A program made the translations under genes and the position numbers. From an uncultured delta proteobacterium (GTDB taxonomy: Bacteria > Desulfobacterota > Desulfomonilia > Desulfomonilales > Desulfomonilaceae), in NCBI GenBank assembly GCA_963789265.1, contig CAWBKB010000001.1, forward strand, positions 1,088,001 to 1,152,000: a stretch of DNA of 64,000 nucleotides, given 5' to 3'. This document shows positions 48,963-58,823 of the stretch, one piece after another. Numbering within the stretch: the stretch's first letter is position 1; each line of letters starts with the position of its first letter. The notes under the pieces were generated by a model that was given only the letters and a program-made list of their open reading frames with translations, was not told where the DNA came from and did no database searches.

Positions 48963-50039
48963 ATGGAATCCAAAGCAGACAGCTCCAATCCCAGATATAG
49001 ACAGGAGGTCATCATGGAAAACACAAGAACCGGCGGGCTATTCAAACCAGCCGTAAAAGATCAAAAGTGTATCCATACGCTCACAGGACTTGTGCCAGAT
49101 CATAAGATATGCACTAACGCTTACAACTGCGAGAGCTGTGAGTATGACCAAATGTTGCAAGATACTCCCAAGGGTATCACCGGATTTAACCTGTCTGGAA
49201 AAGAGTGCATCTATATGAAGGCGAGACTTGTGCCCACCAAGTATTGCGACAACGCATTTGACTGCACAACCTGCCTGTTTGACAAGGCGATGAGTCGCAA
49301 GAAGGCTAAAGAGTCTCCCGGCGTATCTTGGAGTTCTGCTGTTTCTAATAGGGCAATAGACCTCCGTTGTCGCCATGCCCTCACTGGCGGTATGGCAGCG
49401 ACTAAGATGTGCGCGAATGACTATGACTGTGCAAACTGCGCGTACGATCAGATGCTCGATGACATGATACAGACCGACCACACGATGTTTGGGCCGCCGC
49501 AGTATCTCAAGGCCCACGGCTATTCTGTCCCCAGGGATTATTACCTCCACAAGGGGCATGGGTGGGCTAGAGTTGAATATGGTGGGCGAGTTCGTATTGG
49601 TCTAGACGATTTTGGAAACCATCTTGTCGGCAAAATTGACAAGTTCCGTCTTCCATCCATCGGCACGAGGTTCAAACCAGAAGAAGAGTCTTTCATCCTC
49701 GAAAGAGAAGGCCATGAGGCTGGTGTAAAGGCTCCGGTGATGGGAGTTGTCACCGCTGTTAATCAGAGAATCTTGGAACACCCTGCCTGCACCGGTACGG
49801 ACCCATACTGCTCTGGCTGGGTGATGCTCGTCGATCCTCTGGAATTGAAATCTGATTTGAAAGATCTTGCGTTCGGGCTTGGAAGCGTCAGGTTCATAGA
49901 AACAGAGGCAGAGAGACTTCTTTCGATGATTTCCGACGATCCCAAAGCAGCCGCTGCCACAGGTGGCGAGCCCATCGCTGACGTGTACGGGGCATTTAAA
50001 GATGTGGGCTGGGATAGGTTGGTAAAGAGCTTTATTTAG
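48963..50039 (+). CDS. GcvH-like protein with three N-terminal Cys-rich repeats
   Basis: HGWARVE..RVRIGLDDFG, AP..G.V.AVN, DPY.SGW; three C..C..CxxC.[YF]D repeats. Confidence 0.85.
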   Translation: MESKADSSNPRYRQEVIMENTRTGGLFKPAVKDQKCIHTLTGLVPDHKICTNAYNCESCEYDQMLQDTPKGITGFNLSGKECIYMKARLVPTKYCDNAFDCTTCLFDKAMSRKKAKESPGVSWSSAVSNRAIDLRCRHALTGGMAATKMCANDYDCANCAYDQMLDDMIQTDHTMFGPPQYLKAHGYSVPRDYYLHKGHGWARVEYGGRVRIGLDDFGNHLVGKIDKFRLPSIGTRFKPEEESFILEREGHEAGVKAPVMGVVTAVNQRILEHPACTGTDPYCSGWVMLVDPLELKSDLKDLAFGLGSVRFIETEAERLLSMISDDPKAAAATGGEPIADVYGAFKDVGWDRLVKSFI

Positions 50040-50533
50040 GTCAAGCTATGAAATCTCGGCCGACCCCGAGGATAATGGCCGCTCAGAGTATAGGAGTTCC
50101 GAAGGGCAAACAGTGGTGCCCTGAATTCTCACCGATGCGACGATGTTTGCGGACGGAAATGGGCGCCACATGGCGCTCATTTTCAGTGGGGTAGGACGAG
50201 AGGAAGGACTGCCTTACTCATTAGAAACTGCTGTGCAATGCGTTGCCGGTGCTGCAACATGCTCTGAACTGCCGGGAATCCTCATATTCACGATTGGTGA
50301 GGTCATATACTCGGGAATCTTCCGTTTCTACTCTGCAGCAAAAGTGACTTGTTTTCGGTCAAGCAAAAAGGGACCAGGGGCGGCCAACTAAAGGGAGACC
50401 ACCTGGTTGAAGAAAAAGAAATCATTGTTTCTTCTTTCTGGGCATACTCTGTTTGAACTGGTAGCTCTCCCCGTTCATAGAGAGGATCTGAGCATGATGG
50501 GTCAGGCGATCAAGGAGTGCTCCTGTTAATTGT

Positions 50534-50830
50534 TCACTGCGGAACATCAGCTCCATTCACCGCCGCTTTTAACACCGGAGAGTATTTCCAGGTAAGAACT
50601 CGGCGGGCATCTAGCACCATCTCCTCGCCGGTCTTTGGATTTCTACCCCTCCGAGCGTGCTTAGACTTGACAGACCATTTCCCGAAGCTAGAGATCATAA
50701 CCTCTTCCCCGACGACAAGATTCGCTTTCACTATTGCGAGCAGCTTCTCTAAGATCTCCTCCGCTTCCCCTTTCATGAAACCGCAATCATCCGCTATTTT
50801 CTTTGCTATATGTGCCTTGGTAAGTGTCAT
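50534..50830 (-). CDS. ihfA: Integration host factor alpha-like subunit
   Basis: MTLTKA, ISSFGKW, GRNPKTGE. Confidence 0.85.
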   Translation of the reverse strand: MTLTKAHIAKKIADDCGFMKGEAEEILEKLLAIVKANLVVGEEVMISSFGKWSVKSKHARRGRNPKTGEEMVLDARRVLTWKYSPVLKAAVNGADVPQ

Positions 50831-51274
50831 GACAACCTCCCCAAATTGAAACTGAAATAGTAACGAATCAGCAGAATAGCAGAACCGCAAACTTAAAGGC
50901 AATGATATCAGGATATTCTTTAAGGAGGCTTGGCAATCATTGTGACAGAGGAGAAGCCTGTGACATGGTCGGAAGGAGTGTGCCTCCTGTCCTCACACGC
51001 TAGCCAACGGCTACCGAATGCATTCTCGCGTTCTCAGAACCCCATACACGAACGTTCCTAGTTTGGAACACCCTCAGATACCTATTGCCAGAAAATCGCG
51101 CATGATCGTTCTCAGGTGCCTTTTTGAACGAATCTCGTGGGCGGGCTGGTCGCGGATTGCAGACCAGAACCGAACCATGTGTCCAGGCCGGGTACCGCTG
51201 TGGCTCAGATCAACTCCTGTTTGCGGTTCTTGAGACCGGTCACCGTGTGATAGACTGCTTCCATAGTCCGCTCC

Positions 51275-51919
51275 GTGGAGGCTGCGCCGGTGAGTATCCC
51301 TGAAGATCCGATGGAAAGAAAGAAATGGATGTTGAGGCTCTGGCACGAGTACGGGGAGCACTTTGCCGTCTTCCATCCCGACGAGCAGCCCCTCCCGCCC
51401 CTTGAAGTCTGGCATGAGGATATGTACGCCCCTTACAAACCCGAACCTGACGAAAAAGGGAACCTCGATCCCCGTGTCATACGGCATCTGAGATGGTGGC
51501 CCGATACCAAGGAATTCCTGCGGCAGCGGGTCGGGCTTCAGGTCGGCCCCGATTACCTCTTCGACTGTCTTGCCGGAAAATACCAAGGCAGATTCTCCGA
51601 CGAAATTGATGAAAAGCAGGAAAAGCGGTGGTACGTCCGTGCTCTCCGAATGGGCTCCTTCATGTACTACGGCAAGGTCGGCGTCGGATTCAGTTGCAGG
51701 TCCCGGCGTTGTCTCCGCATCAAGTGCCCTCTTAATCTGCAAAGGAAGAAGAAGGACCAGAAAAGGCTCAACCGAGTGAATGTGTTCGAGCTGATGCAGA
51801 TCTTCTATGGCGAACAGAAGATGCCATTGAGTAAGGTGGTTGAGGAAATCTCTCAGCGGTTCGACATTCCCCTGCGTGCCTTTGGCCGCCCCCATTACGC
51901 CAGCCTGTCTTTAGGCTAA
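51275..51919 (+). CDS. Hypothetical protein with possible primase zinc-binding-like C-terminus
   Basis: FSC...C....C...NVFELMQIF...LSKVVEEISQRFDIPL; start uncertain. Confidence 0.5.
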   Translation: MEAAPVSIPEDPMERKKWMLRLWHEYGEHFAVFHPDEQPLPPLEVWHEDMYAPYKPEPDEKGNLDPRVIRHLRWWPDTKEFLRQRVGLQVGPDYLFDCLAGKYQGRFSDEIDEKQEKRWYVRALRMGSFMYYGKVGVGFSCRSRRCLRIKCPLNLQRKKKDQKRLNRVNVFELMQIFYGEQKMPLSKVVEEISQRFDIPLRAFGRPHYASLSLG

Positions 51920-51933
51920 CCTCTTGGTTTTAT

Positions 51934-52009
51934 TGGAGCCGGGGATGGGAGTCGAACCCACGACCTGCTGATTACGAATCAGCTGCTCTGGCCTCTGAGC
52001 TACCCCGGC
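51934..52009 (-). tRNA. tRNA-Thr (anticodon CGT)
   Basis: 76-nt cloverleaf GCCGGGG...GCTGA-TTCGTAA-TCAGC...GGTTCGACT...CCCCGGCTCCA. Confidence 0.97.
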
Positions 52010-52096
52010 CTTCTTGAATCATACAGAGAAGGATTCAAAAATAGAATAAACTTCGGCCGCGTGTCAATGTTTTGCTGCACCCGTCCTGAGATCCTG

Positions 52097-52927
52097 CTAC
52101 TCGACGAAGTTCAGAGGAACCGGGATGAAGGTCAGCACGAACAGCACGATAGCGACCCATCCGAGGAGACGGCCGGTGCGGTCCAGAGGCGTATAGGGGT
52201 CAAGCGGAGGAGGGTGTCGTAACCCCAGAAAGAATGCCAGAATACCGAATATAAGCCAACCAGGCCACAACAAAATCCCCAGAGGAATCAGACACGCGAA
52301 CACAGCAACGGAAATGATCTGCGCGCGCCGCGGCCCGAAAAGCGCATAGATAACGTGACCACCATCAAGTTGGCCGATGGGGAGCAGATTCATCGACGTG
52401 ACAAACAGGCCGAACCAGGCAGCTACTGCCGTGGGATGCAAAAGGATCGTGGCGCTGGAAGTAAACTTACCGAACCTGAGCCAGCATAACAGCTCCAAAA
52501 TGATCGAGGAACCGAATGTAAAACCTTTAGCTTGCCCCATCTGAGGCTGCACTTTCGAGAGGTACAGGCCCACAATCAGCAGAGGAATCGCTACAAGCGC
52601 CCCCGCGACGGGTCCGGATGCCCCTACTTCTACGAGAGCCTTCCGATCCGTTATCGGTGAACGTATCTTTATGAACGCGCCGAATGTGCCCAGAGGAGGT
52701 ATAGCCGGGATGAAGTACGGTGGCGTAACATCCAGGTGATGCCGACGGCCGGTCAGATAATGCCCGCTTTCGTGCACGAGAAGGATCGACATAAGCGGCA
52801 CGGAAAAGACCCAGCCGTGCAAAAAGAACGAGACCCATGAGTGGGGAGGTTCATTGGCATAGATGCCGCCCACAGCCGTGGTCGTCAGACAGGTAAGTAT
52901 GAAGAGCACAATGTTAATTATGGGCAA
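52097..52927 (-). CDS. Site-2 protease (M50) family protein
   Basis: HESGH, SGP, NLLPIGQLDGGH. Confidence 0.95.
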   Translation of the reverse strand: MPIINIVLFILTCLTTTAVGGIYANEPPHSWVSFFLHGWVFSVPLMSILLVHESGHYLTGRRHHLDVTPPYFIPAIPPLGTFGAFIKIRSPITDRKALVEVGASGPVAGALVAIPLLIVGLYLSKVQPQMGQAKGFTFGSSIILELLCWLRFGKFTSSATILLHPTAVAAWFGLFVTSMNLLPIGQLDGGHVIYALFGPRRAQIISVAVFACLIPLGILLWPGWLIFGILAFFLGLRHPPPLDPYTPLDRTGRLLGWVAIVLFVLTFIPVPLNFVE

Positions 52928-52977
52928 TTTATTGCGGATTGCGGGCTCCCTTCAAAATTGTGCGGCAGCTTCAAAAT

Positions 52978-54850
52978 TCACACTTGCTGGAGTTGCCCCA
53001 TTGTGCTGCGCAAGTGAATCGGTTCATTAAAGTGTGGGTCGGGCTGTGCCACGCGTAATACTTCTTCGGGCGTTGTGACTCCGTTGAGCATCTTTCGAAT
53101 GGCATTTTCCCATAATGTGCTGAACTTCTTTTTCCTAGCCATTTCTTTCATAGCGATTATGTCAGGAGAATCTATGATCAATTTGCTCATGTCATCATCA
53201 ACCGCTACCACCTCATAGATGCTCTCCCGTTTGAAATAGCCGGTGTCACGGCATTGATAGCACCCCCGCCCCCTCCTGAGCAAGACCTTCTCAGGCCCCT
53301 CGAAGTTGAATCCTCTTTTGTTCAATTCCTTCAACTCGATCGAATGGTCCTGAGCACAATAGGGACATATTTTGCGTATGAGCCGCTGAGCCATCAGGCC
53401 GACGACAGTGGAAGCCAAGAGGAAACTAGGGACTTTAAGGTCCAGCATTCGGTGCACCGCACTGAGGGCATCATTGGTATGAACCGTGGAAAAGACGAGG
53501 TGGCCGGTGAGCGCGGCTTGCACGGCCAGTTGGGCTGTCTCTTCGTCTCGGATCTCTCCTATCATTATGACGTCGGGGTCTTGCCGCATGACATGCCGCA
53601 TAAGGGGCCCAAAGGTCATTTTCTCCTCAGGATTGTGGAGCATACTGACCGCGGGGTTCACGCTAATCTGATTGAATCTCTCAAACACCATTTCCACGGG
53701 GTCTTCGATGGTGGTTATATTCCGATCGGCAGTGGCAAGGACCTTCATGGCAGAATAAAGACTAGTAGTCTTGCCGGAACCGGTCGGGCCTGTAACTAGA
53801 ACTATCCCGAACGGGCGGACTATTAGGCTCTGAAATGTGGTCAAATCCAGAGGAGTCAGGCCAAGCTCTTCGAGGTCCATGAAAAGTAGGTCCGGGTCCT
53901 GTATCCTGCATACGGTCTTTTCTCCAAACGCCGTCGGCACCGTGGAAACTCGGACCTCTATTTCGCGGTTACGCGTGCTCAGCTTTATTCGACCATCCTG
54001 GGGGCGCCTCTTTTCGGCTATGTCCAGCGCGGCCATCCCTTTGATGCCGCGAAGTGAAGGCCCCGTGTAGCGGAGCCGGAATCCAGTCGACATCGTGCAA
54101 TATTCCGTCTATACGCATCCTGATGACTGTCTTTGTCCGCTTGGGCTCGATATGAACATCACTGGCCCGTTGTGAAAGGGCCCGCCGAAACATCGCGTCC
54201 ACGGCGGTGCGGATGTTCTTATCGGTGTGCGAGATCTCTTCAAGACTTTTGATTTCAGCGAGCCGTTCGAGGTCGGAGAGATCCTTGAAATACTTGACAT
54301 GCTTCTCAGCCGCGGCCTTGATTGAGCCTCTAAAGCCGTGGAACTCCAGGAGGATCTTCATGATGTCCGATTTTGGGGACACCACAACCTCAAGCTCTTT
54401 TCCCGCGACACGGGATACGTCTTCGAGTACCTCTCTCAGAGAGGGGTCGTAGATGGCCACGCGCAGCTTGCCGTTGACTTCGTCCACAGGAACCAGCAGA
54501 AAACGGTCGGCAAATTTTTGCGGGAGAGTTCGGGTGACAAAATCCGGGTCCAGGTCCAGCGCTTCTAGCCTCATAAACGGATGGCCCAAGTGATCCGCCA
54601 GGACTTCGACAATAATCGGTTCCTCGACTTGGCCGTGAGGACCTGAAAGTTTCATGTCCGCGATAATTTCGATCGCAGTGGTCTGGTGGGCATGGGGGAC
54701 CGAGGCTCGTGCTTGCTTGGCAACATCCTGGGACAGACGATCCTTAATATAAAGTTCCGCCTCCTGAAGGCGCACCAAGCTGCTGTCATCCAAGAAGCCT
54801 TTGGAGTAGAGTATTTCGCCGATCTGGTTGATATCGTTATAGAGTTCCAC
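52978..54850 (-). CDS. GspE/PilB family ATPase (frameshift near 54045)
   Basis: ASDVHIEP, RMRIDG in one frame; PQDGR, GPTGSGKTT, RQDPD, HLVFSTVH, tetra-Cys in the next. Confidence 0.92.
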
Positions 54851-54997
54851 CAGCGTTCATAAGATCACGATTCTTGGATAGGGGCGCGAGTTTCAGCACT
54901 TGGGCGCGACGCGGCCCGTCTAGCGCCAAGCCTTACACTCCTTTGCCCCCTATCATAATCGTTGCGGAATACAGAATCAACAGTGCTGGAGAGAGTT

Positions 54998-55051
54998 GGT
55001 AAGCGTTTCCCGCAGTGTGGAATTTGTTCCAGTGAAAAAGAAACGCTTACC
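54998..55051. terminator. Stem-loop downstream of ihfB
   Basis: 12-bp IR GGTAAGCGTTTC / GAAACGCTTACC with a long loop; no clear U-tract. Confidence 0.35.
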
Positions 55052-55071
55052 GGAGAGTCATGGTTTCCTTA

Positions 55072-55353
55072 TTAATCACTCTCGTCGACCTTTTCCCTCA
55101 GTTCTTTCCCTGTCTTGAAGAAGGGGAGCCTCTTCTCGTACACGGCTATTTTGTCCCCTGTCTTGGGATTCCTTCCTGTATAGCCCCTGTATTCTTTCAC
55201 CATGAATGATCCAAAACCTCGAATCTCGATCCGGTCGCCGTCAATAAGCGCGGTAGACATGGTGTCGAAGACCAAATTGACAATTTCCTCGGACTTTCTC
55301 AGAGGAAGGTCCGCCTCTTTGGCCAGGGCCACAATAAGATCTGATTTATTCAT
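55072..55353 (-). CDS. ihfB: Integration host factor beta subunit
   Basis: MNKSDLI, RIEIRGFGSF, GRNPKTG, PFFKTGKELR. Confidence 0.9.
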   Translation of the reverse strand: MNKSDLIVALAKEADLPLRKSEEIVNLVFDTMSTALIDGDRIEIRGFGSFMVKEYRGYTGRNPKTGDKIAVYEKRLPFFKTGKELREKVDESD

Positions 55354-55376
55354 GGCAGATTCCTATACTCTGAGAT

Positions 55377-55661
55377 TCATTTGATCTTCTTTACCGCATC
55401 CTTCAATGCCTTAGACGCGCTGAAACGAGCGACTTTGGCAGCCGCTATCTTGATCTTCTGGCGCGTTTGCGGATTCACTCCGGTGCGGGCTTTCTTCTTA
55501 ATGACTTTGAAGGTACCCAAATCCGCTATCCGGATCTTTCCCTCTTTCTTCTTTAGGGAATCGTGGATCGCTCCAACAAGAGAGTTAAGTGCGGAGGCGG
55601 CAGCCTTCTTGGTAATAGCCGCTTCTTCAGCCATTTTCTGCACGAGTTCAGCTCTGGTCAT
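55377..55661 (-). CDS. hup: HU family DNA-binding protein
   Basis: MTRAELV, GTF, ARTGVNPQT, SKALKDAV. Confidence 0.9.
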   Translation of the reverse strand: MTRAELVQKMAEEAAITKKAAASALNSLVGAIHDSLKKKEGKIRIADLGTFKVIKKKARTGVNPQTRQKIKIAAAKVARFSASKALKDAVKKIK

Positions 55662-55999
55662 CACATTTCCTCCTGAAAAGTCAAAAGGTTCAAGATTCAC
55701 CAAACGATTGCACATTGTTATCTATACTAGAGTGAATTGTCAAGACAAATTCGTTTTGCCCTGAAAAATTCCTCGTGCAAGTACTGAGAATCACACACCC
55801 GACCAGGGTAAACACTCACTTACAGGCGGCAAAAGCTTCTCATTGCCAGTCTCGCTGGTCGCGAGATTGCATTCTTCGCGATGACCATCTTTGCCCGCGC
55901 ATAATTGAATGTTTACCGATTCGTGCCGATTCCCCTTGACAATGCCGGCAAGTCGGTTTAACCGGTTCGCACCGGGGTGAAAACTGGAGGTCCGGTCTT

Positions 56000-56266
56000 A
56001 TGAATGAGATGTTATTGCTGGAGCATTTGGAACAAATAGCGATGCGTTTGGGAGTCGAGCTTAGGTATGAAAACCTTGGAATAGGCGGCGTAAGAAGCGA
56101 TGGAGGGTACTGTAGGGTTTGCGGGAAGCCGATGATCCTGATCAACAGAAAGGATTCAAGACGGAAAAAGATCCTGATCCTGGCCAAATCTCTCCAAAGG
56201 CTCAATCTGGAAGGCATTTTTATCCCACCTGCTGTGCGAAAGATACTGGACAAGCAGAATAACTGA
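56000..56266 (+). CDS. Conserved hypothetical protein
   Basis: RBS GGAGG; LGVELRYE, GGYCRV, IFIPPAVR. Confidence 0.7.
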   Translation: MNEMLLLEHLEQIAMRLGVELRYENLGIGGVRSDGGYCRVCGKPMILINRKDSRRKKILILAKSLQRLNLEGIFIPPAVRKILDKQNN

Positions 56267-56318
56267 TTGGCGCGGATCGGCACCTCGGTCCGCCGTAACC
56301 GGTCAGTGGGGAAAGGAA

Positions 56319-56502
56319 CTGCCCCAGAGGCCGCGGAGATGACAGAGAAGAAACCGGGCCGAGACAATATAGGTCAAGGGATGTCGTGCCGACCGATACC
56401 GGTGAAGATCTGCCGTGTGACACGCTAAATGGGTTATGCCTCCAGCGGACGAAAAGTGAGAAAAGCAGATTTCTCTCCGTTCTCAGCGAACTCCGGGGTG
56501 AA
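56319..56502. repeat. Degenerate inverted-repeat element related to 8802-8986
   Basis: Left CCCCAGAGGCCGCGGAGATGACAGAGAA; right TTCTCTCCGTTCTCAGCGAACTCCGGGGTGAA. Confidence 0.5.
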
Positions 56503-56572
56503 TGATAAGCGTTTTTTGAACGTGAAATGATATCAATAACCATTTTCATCATAAGAATGATACTATCCTGCA

Positions 56573-58327
56573 TTGTGGAGCGGGATAGGTGGGACCTCCC
56601 GGTTGTTCTTCTGCGTCCGGGAGATGGGGAATCAAAGAGTGACAGATTTGGCGGAAACGCTTTCGCTATCATTCGACAAGAGGCTGGCCGCGGCTCCGAT
56701 TCTCGAAGAAAAGCGTTATCGGGCGGAGCGATTGCTCAACGCGCTTTTATGGAAATCTGCACTCGACAGCGGTTTTCCTCCTGTTATCTGTTTGGTGGGT
56801 GGGACCGGAACAGGCAAAAGCACTGTGTTCAATTCCCTGGCCGGATACAAGATCAGCGAAGTGGGGACGCGCAGACCTTCTACCTTGCAAGCAGTGATTC
56901 TAATTGGTCAGGCCTTCGCTGCTCAGCTCGGAACAGCCCCCTTTGTACGACGCTCAGGCGAGTCCTGCGCGATAGTCTTTCCTCACCAGCATCCTGAACT
57001 GATGGACCTTGTCCTGGTCGATACGCCCGACTTCGACAGCGTCGAGCTTTCCAACCGAGCTATTGCAGACGACTTCTTCACAATCAGCGATGTGTTGGTC
57101 TTCATCACTTCCCAGGAAAAATACGCCGATCTCACCGGTCAGGACATGCAGGCGCGGGCTCGCCAATGGGGCAAGAAAACGGTTTTCGTGATGAACAAGG
57201 TGGTTTCCGATACGGCGTACAATGATTTCAAAGGGCTGCTCCGTGGCACCGGACACGAGGCCTCCCCAATCCGGATAGAAAGGCTCGGTAAGTCACCGGA
57301 CCTCATTCCAGGACTGAGGGATCGCCTCGAATTTTCTGAACTGCTTGCCGGGGCGCGCGGGAAATCCGGGGCTACGATCCGAAATGAGGAACTTTGCAGG
57401 CTGCACGATCGCGCCCTGGGGAGCTTGGACGATTTGATAAATGCCATTGAATTTCAGGTCCAACGGATTGCAGCCGTCAATGGTGAAATCGGTCGTATCC
57501 TGGCCGAGGTCTCAAAGGGAATGGAAGCCCAATTGGATGCCATTGTTTCCGACGATGTGGAAGTCAAGATTCGGGACCGGCTTCAGCGACTCTTGCGAAA
57601 GTACGACATTCTCTTCCTGCCGCGGATGGTGGTGCGCAACGCGGTAAGGCATCTTTTCAACACCGTGGTAGAAATTTTCATCTCCGGCGGGATAGGTTCT
57701 GCGAAGACGGATGATGAGAAGGATATTCGAACCGAGGACTTCGAAGCCACCAAGGCTCTGGTCAGGCTCCAACCGCTGGAATGGGCGGTTTCCAAACTTA
57801 ACCTGGCAATTGCGGAGACCCTGTCTTCCAATCCTGCCTTCGAAGACCTGTGTCAGGTAGCGGCTACCGACGTACCCAGGTGGTCGGCTCAAGAGATCCG
57901 GTCCCGTTACGACGCGGCTTTTCCGGGAATGGAGCATTTGCTCGAGGCTGAGTTCAACCGATTCAGGGATGGACTTTCTCGAACCGACGAATTCAAACTC
58001 TACGGATCATATACACTGTGGGCTTTTTTCCTGATCACCGCTGAAATTGTCGTAGGAGGAGGTTTTACTTTGCTTGACGCGGTACTCAACACGGTGATAG
58101 TGCCTTTCATTCCAAAATGGTTGCTCAATCTGAAAGTCCTCGACGTGCTCCGAGAGATTGGCGAACGTGTGGATCGCGAGCACAGAAATACATTAAGAGG
58201 CATTCTTCAGAAACAGGCCGAACTCTATACAGAGCGATTTTCCAAGTTAATCCCAACAGAGGCGGTCTTGGAAAGATCCCGCTTACTGGAGGAAAACCTC
58301 GCCGCTCACGGCCGAGCGCCCATTTGA
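56573..58327 (+). CDS. P-loop GTPase (dynamin/Era-like) with C-terminal membrane hairpin
   Basis: GGTGTGKS, RPST, DTPDFDS, MNK; start uncertain. Confidence 0.85.
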   Translation: MWSGIGGTSRLFFCVREMGNQRVTDLAETLSLSFDKRLAAAPILEEKRYRAERLLNALLWKSALDSGFPPVICLVGGTGTGKSTVFNSLAGYKISEVGTRRPSTLQAVILIGQAFAAQLGTAPFVRRSGESCAIVFPHQHPELMDLVLVDTPDFDSVELSNRAIADDFFTISDVLVFITSQEKYADLTGQDMQARARQWGKKTVFVMNKVVSDTAYNDFKGLLRGTGHEASPIRIERLGKSPDLIPGLRDRLEFSELLAGARGKSGATIRNEELCRLHDRALGSLDDLINAIEFQVQRIAAVNGEIGRILAEVSKGMEAQLDAIVSDDVEVKIRDRLQRLLRKYDILFLPRMVVRNAVRHLFNTVVEIFISGGIGSAKTDDEKDIRTEDFEATKALVRLQPLEWAVSKLNLAIAETLSSNPAFEDLCQVAATDVPRWSAQEIRSRYDAAFPGMEHLLEAEFNRFRDGLSRTDEFKLYGSYTLWAFFLITAEIVVGGGFTLLDAVLNTVIVPFIPKWLLNLKVLDVLREIGERVDREHRNTLRGILQKQAELYTERFSKLIPTEAVLERSRLLEENLAAHGRAPI

Positions 58328-58397
58328 AGCGGTGGAAGACTGCACGGGAGCTGGGATTTATACCATTTCGCTTTCGAACAAGTGACACGTCTTTCCA

Positions 58398-58466
58398 GTG
58401 GGACAGACATCCTGCCTGTCGTCAAGCCCGCGGACGCGGCTGTAGGGGCGAATGGCATTCGCCCTG
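58398..58466. repeat. GTGG/GTAG-tagged REP-like hairpins
   Basis: GTGGGACAGACATCCTGCCTGTC and GTAGGGGCGAATGGCATTCGCCCT. Confidence 0.6.
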
Positions 58467-58823
58467 GGCGGTCCCGCGTTCCGCGCGGGGTGCCTCACCA
58501 TGTCTTGTCCACGATGGTTACTTGTTTGATAGCGCATTAGTATTTGTCGGACAGAGGGAGACGCCGAGCGTCTCGCCTGCGAGCGGCCATTCAACGGCAA
58601 CAAAAAAGGAACGCCTTGAGCAAACCGGTGTCTTAAGGTCCGTTACGGGGACCGATCCCAAAAATTGATCCCCTCAATTTTCCGGCATGCTGAGACGGCT
58701 TCTGCTGACTCGGCAGTTGTAGCCGACCATAGCGGGTCTCGTCTTCTTTGAAAGGGTTGGATTTTTGTTGTCGATTGTCAGTGCAATGCGCACTTATTAA
58801 GTAAAGAGTCACAGGAGAGAGTA

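Larger units (their letters stand above)
42615..51980. mobile_element. Genomic island at tRNA-Thr(CGT), no integrase visible
   Basis: 47-bp direct repeats at both ends with heterogeneous cargo between. Confidence 0.8.
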
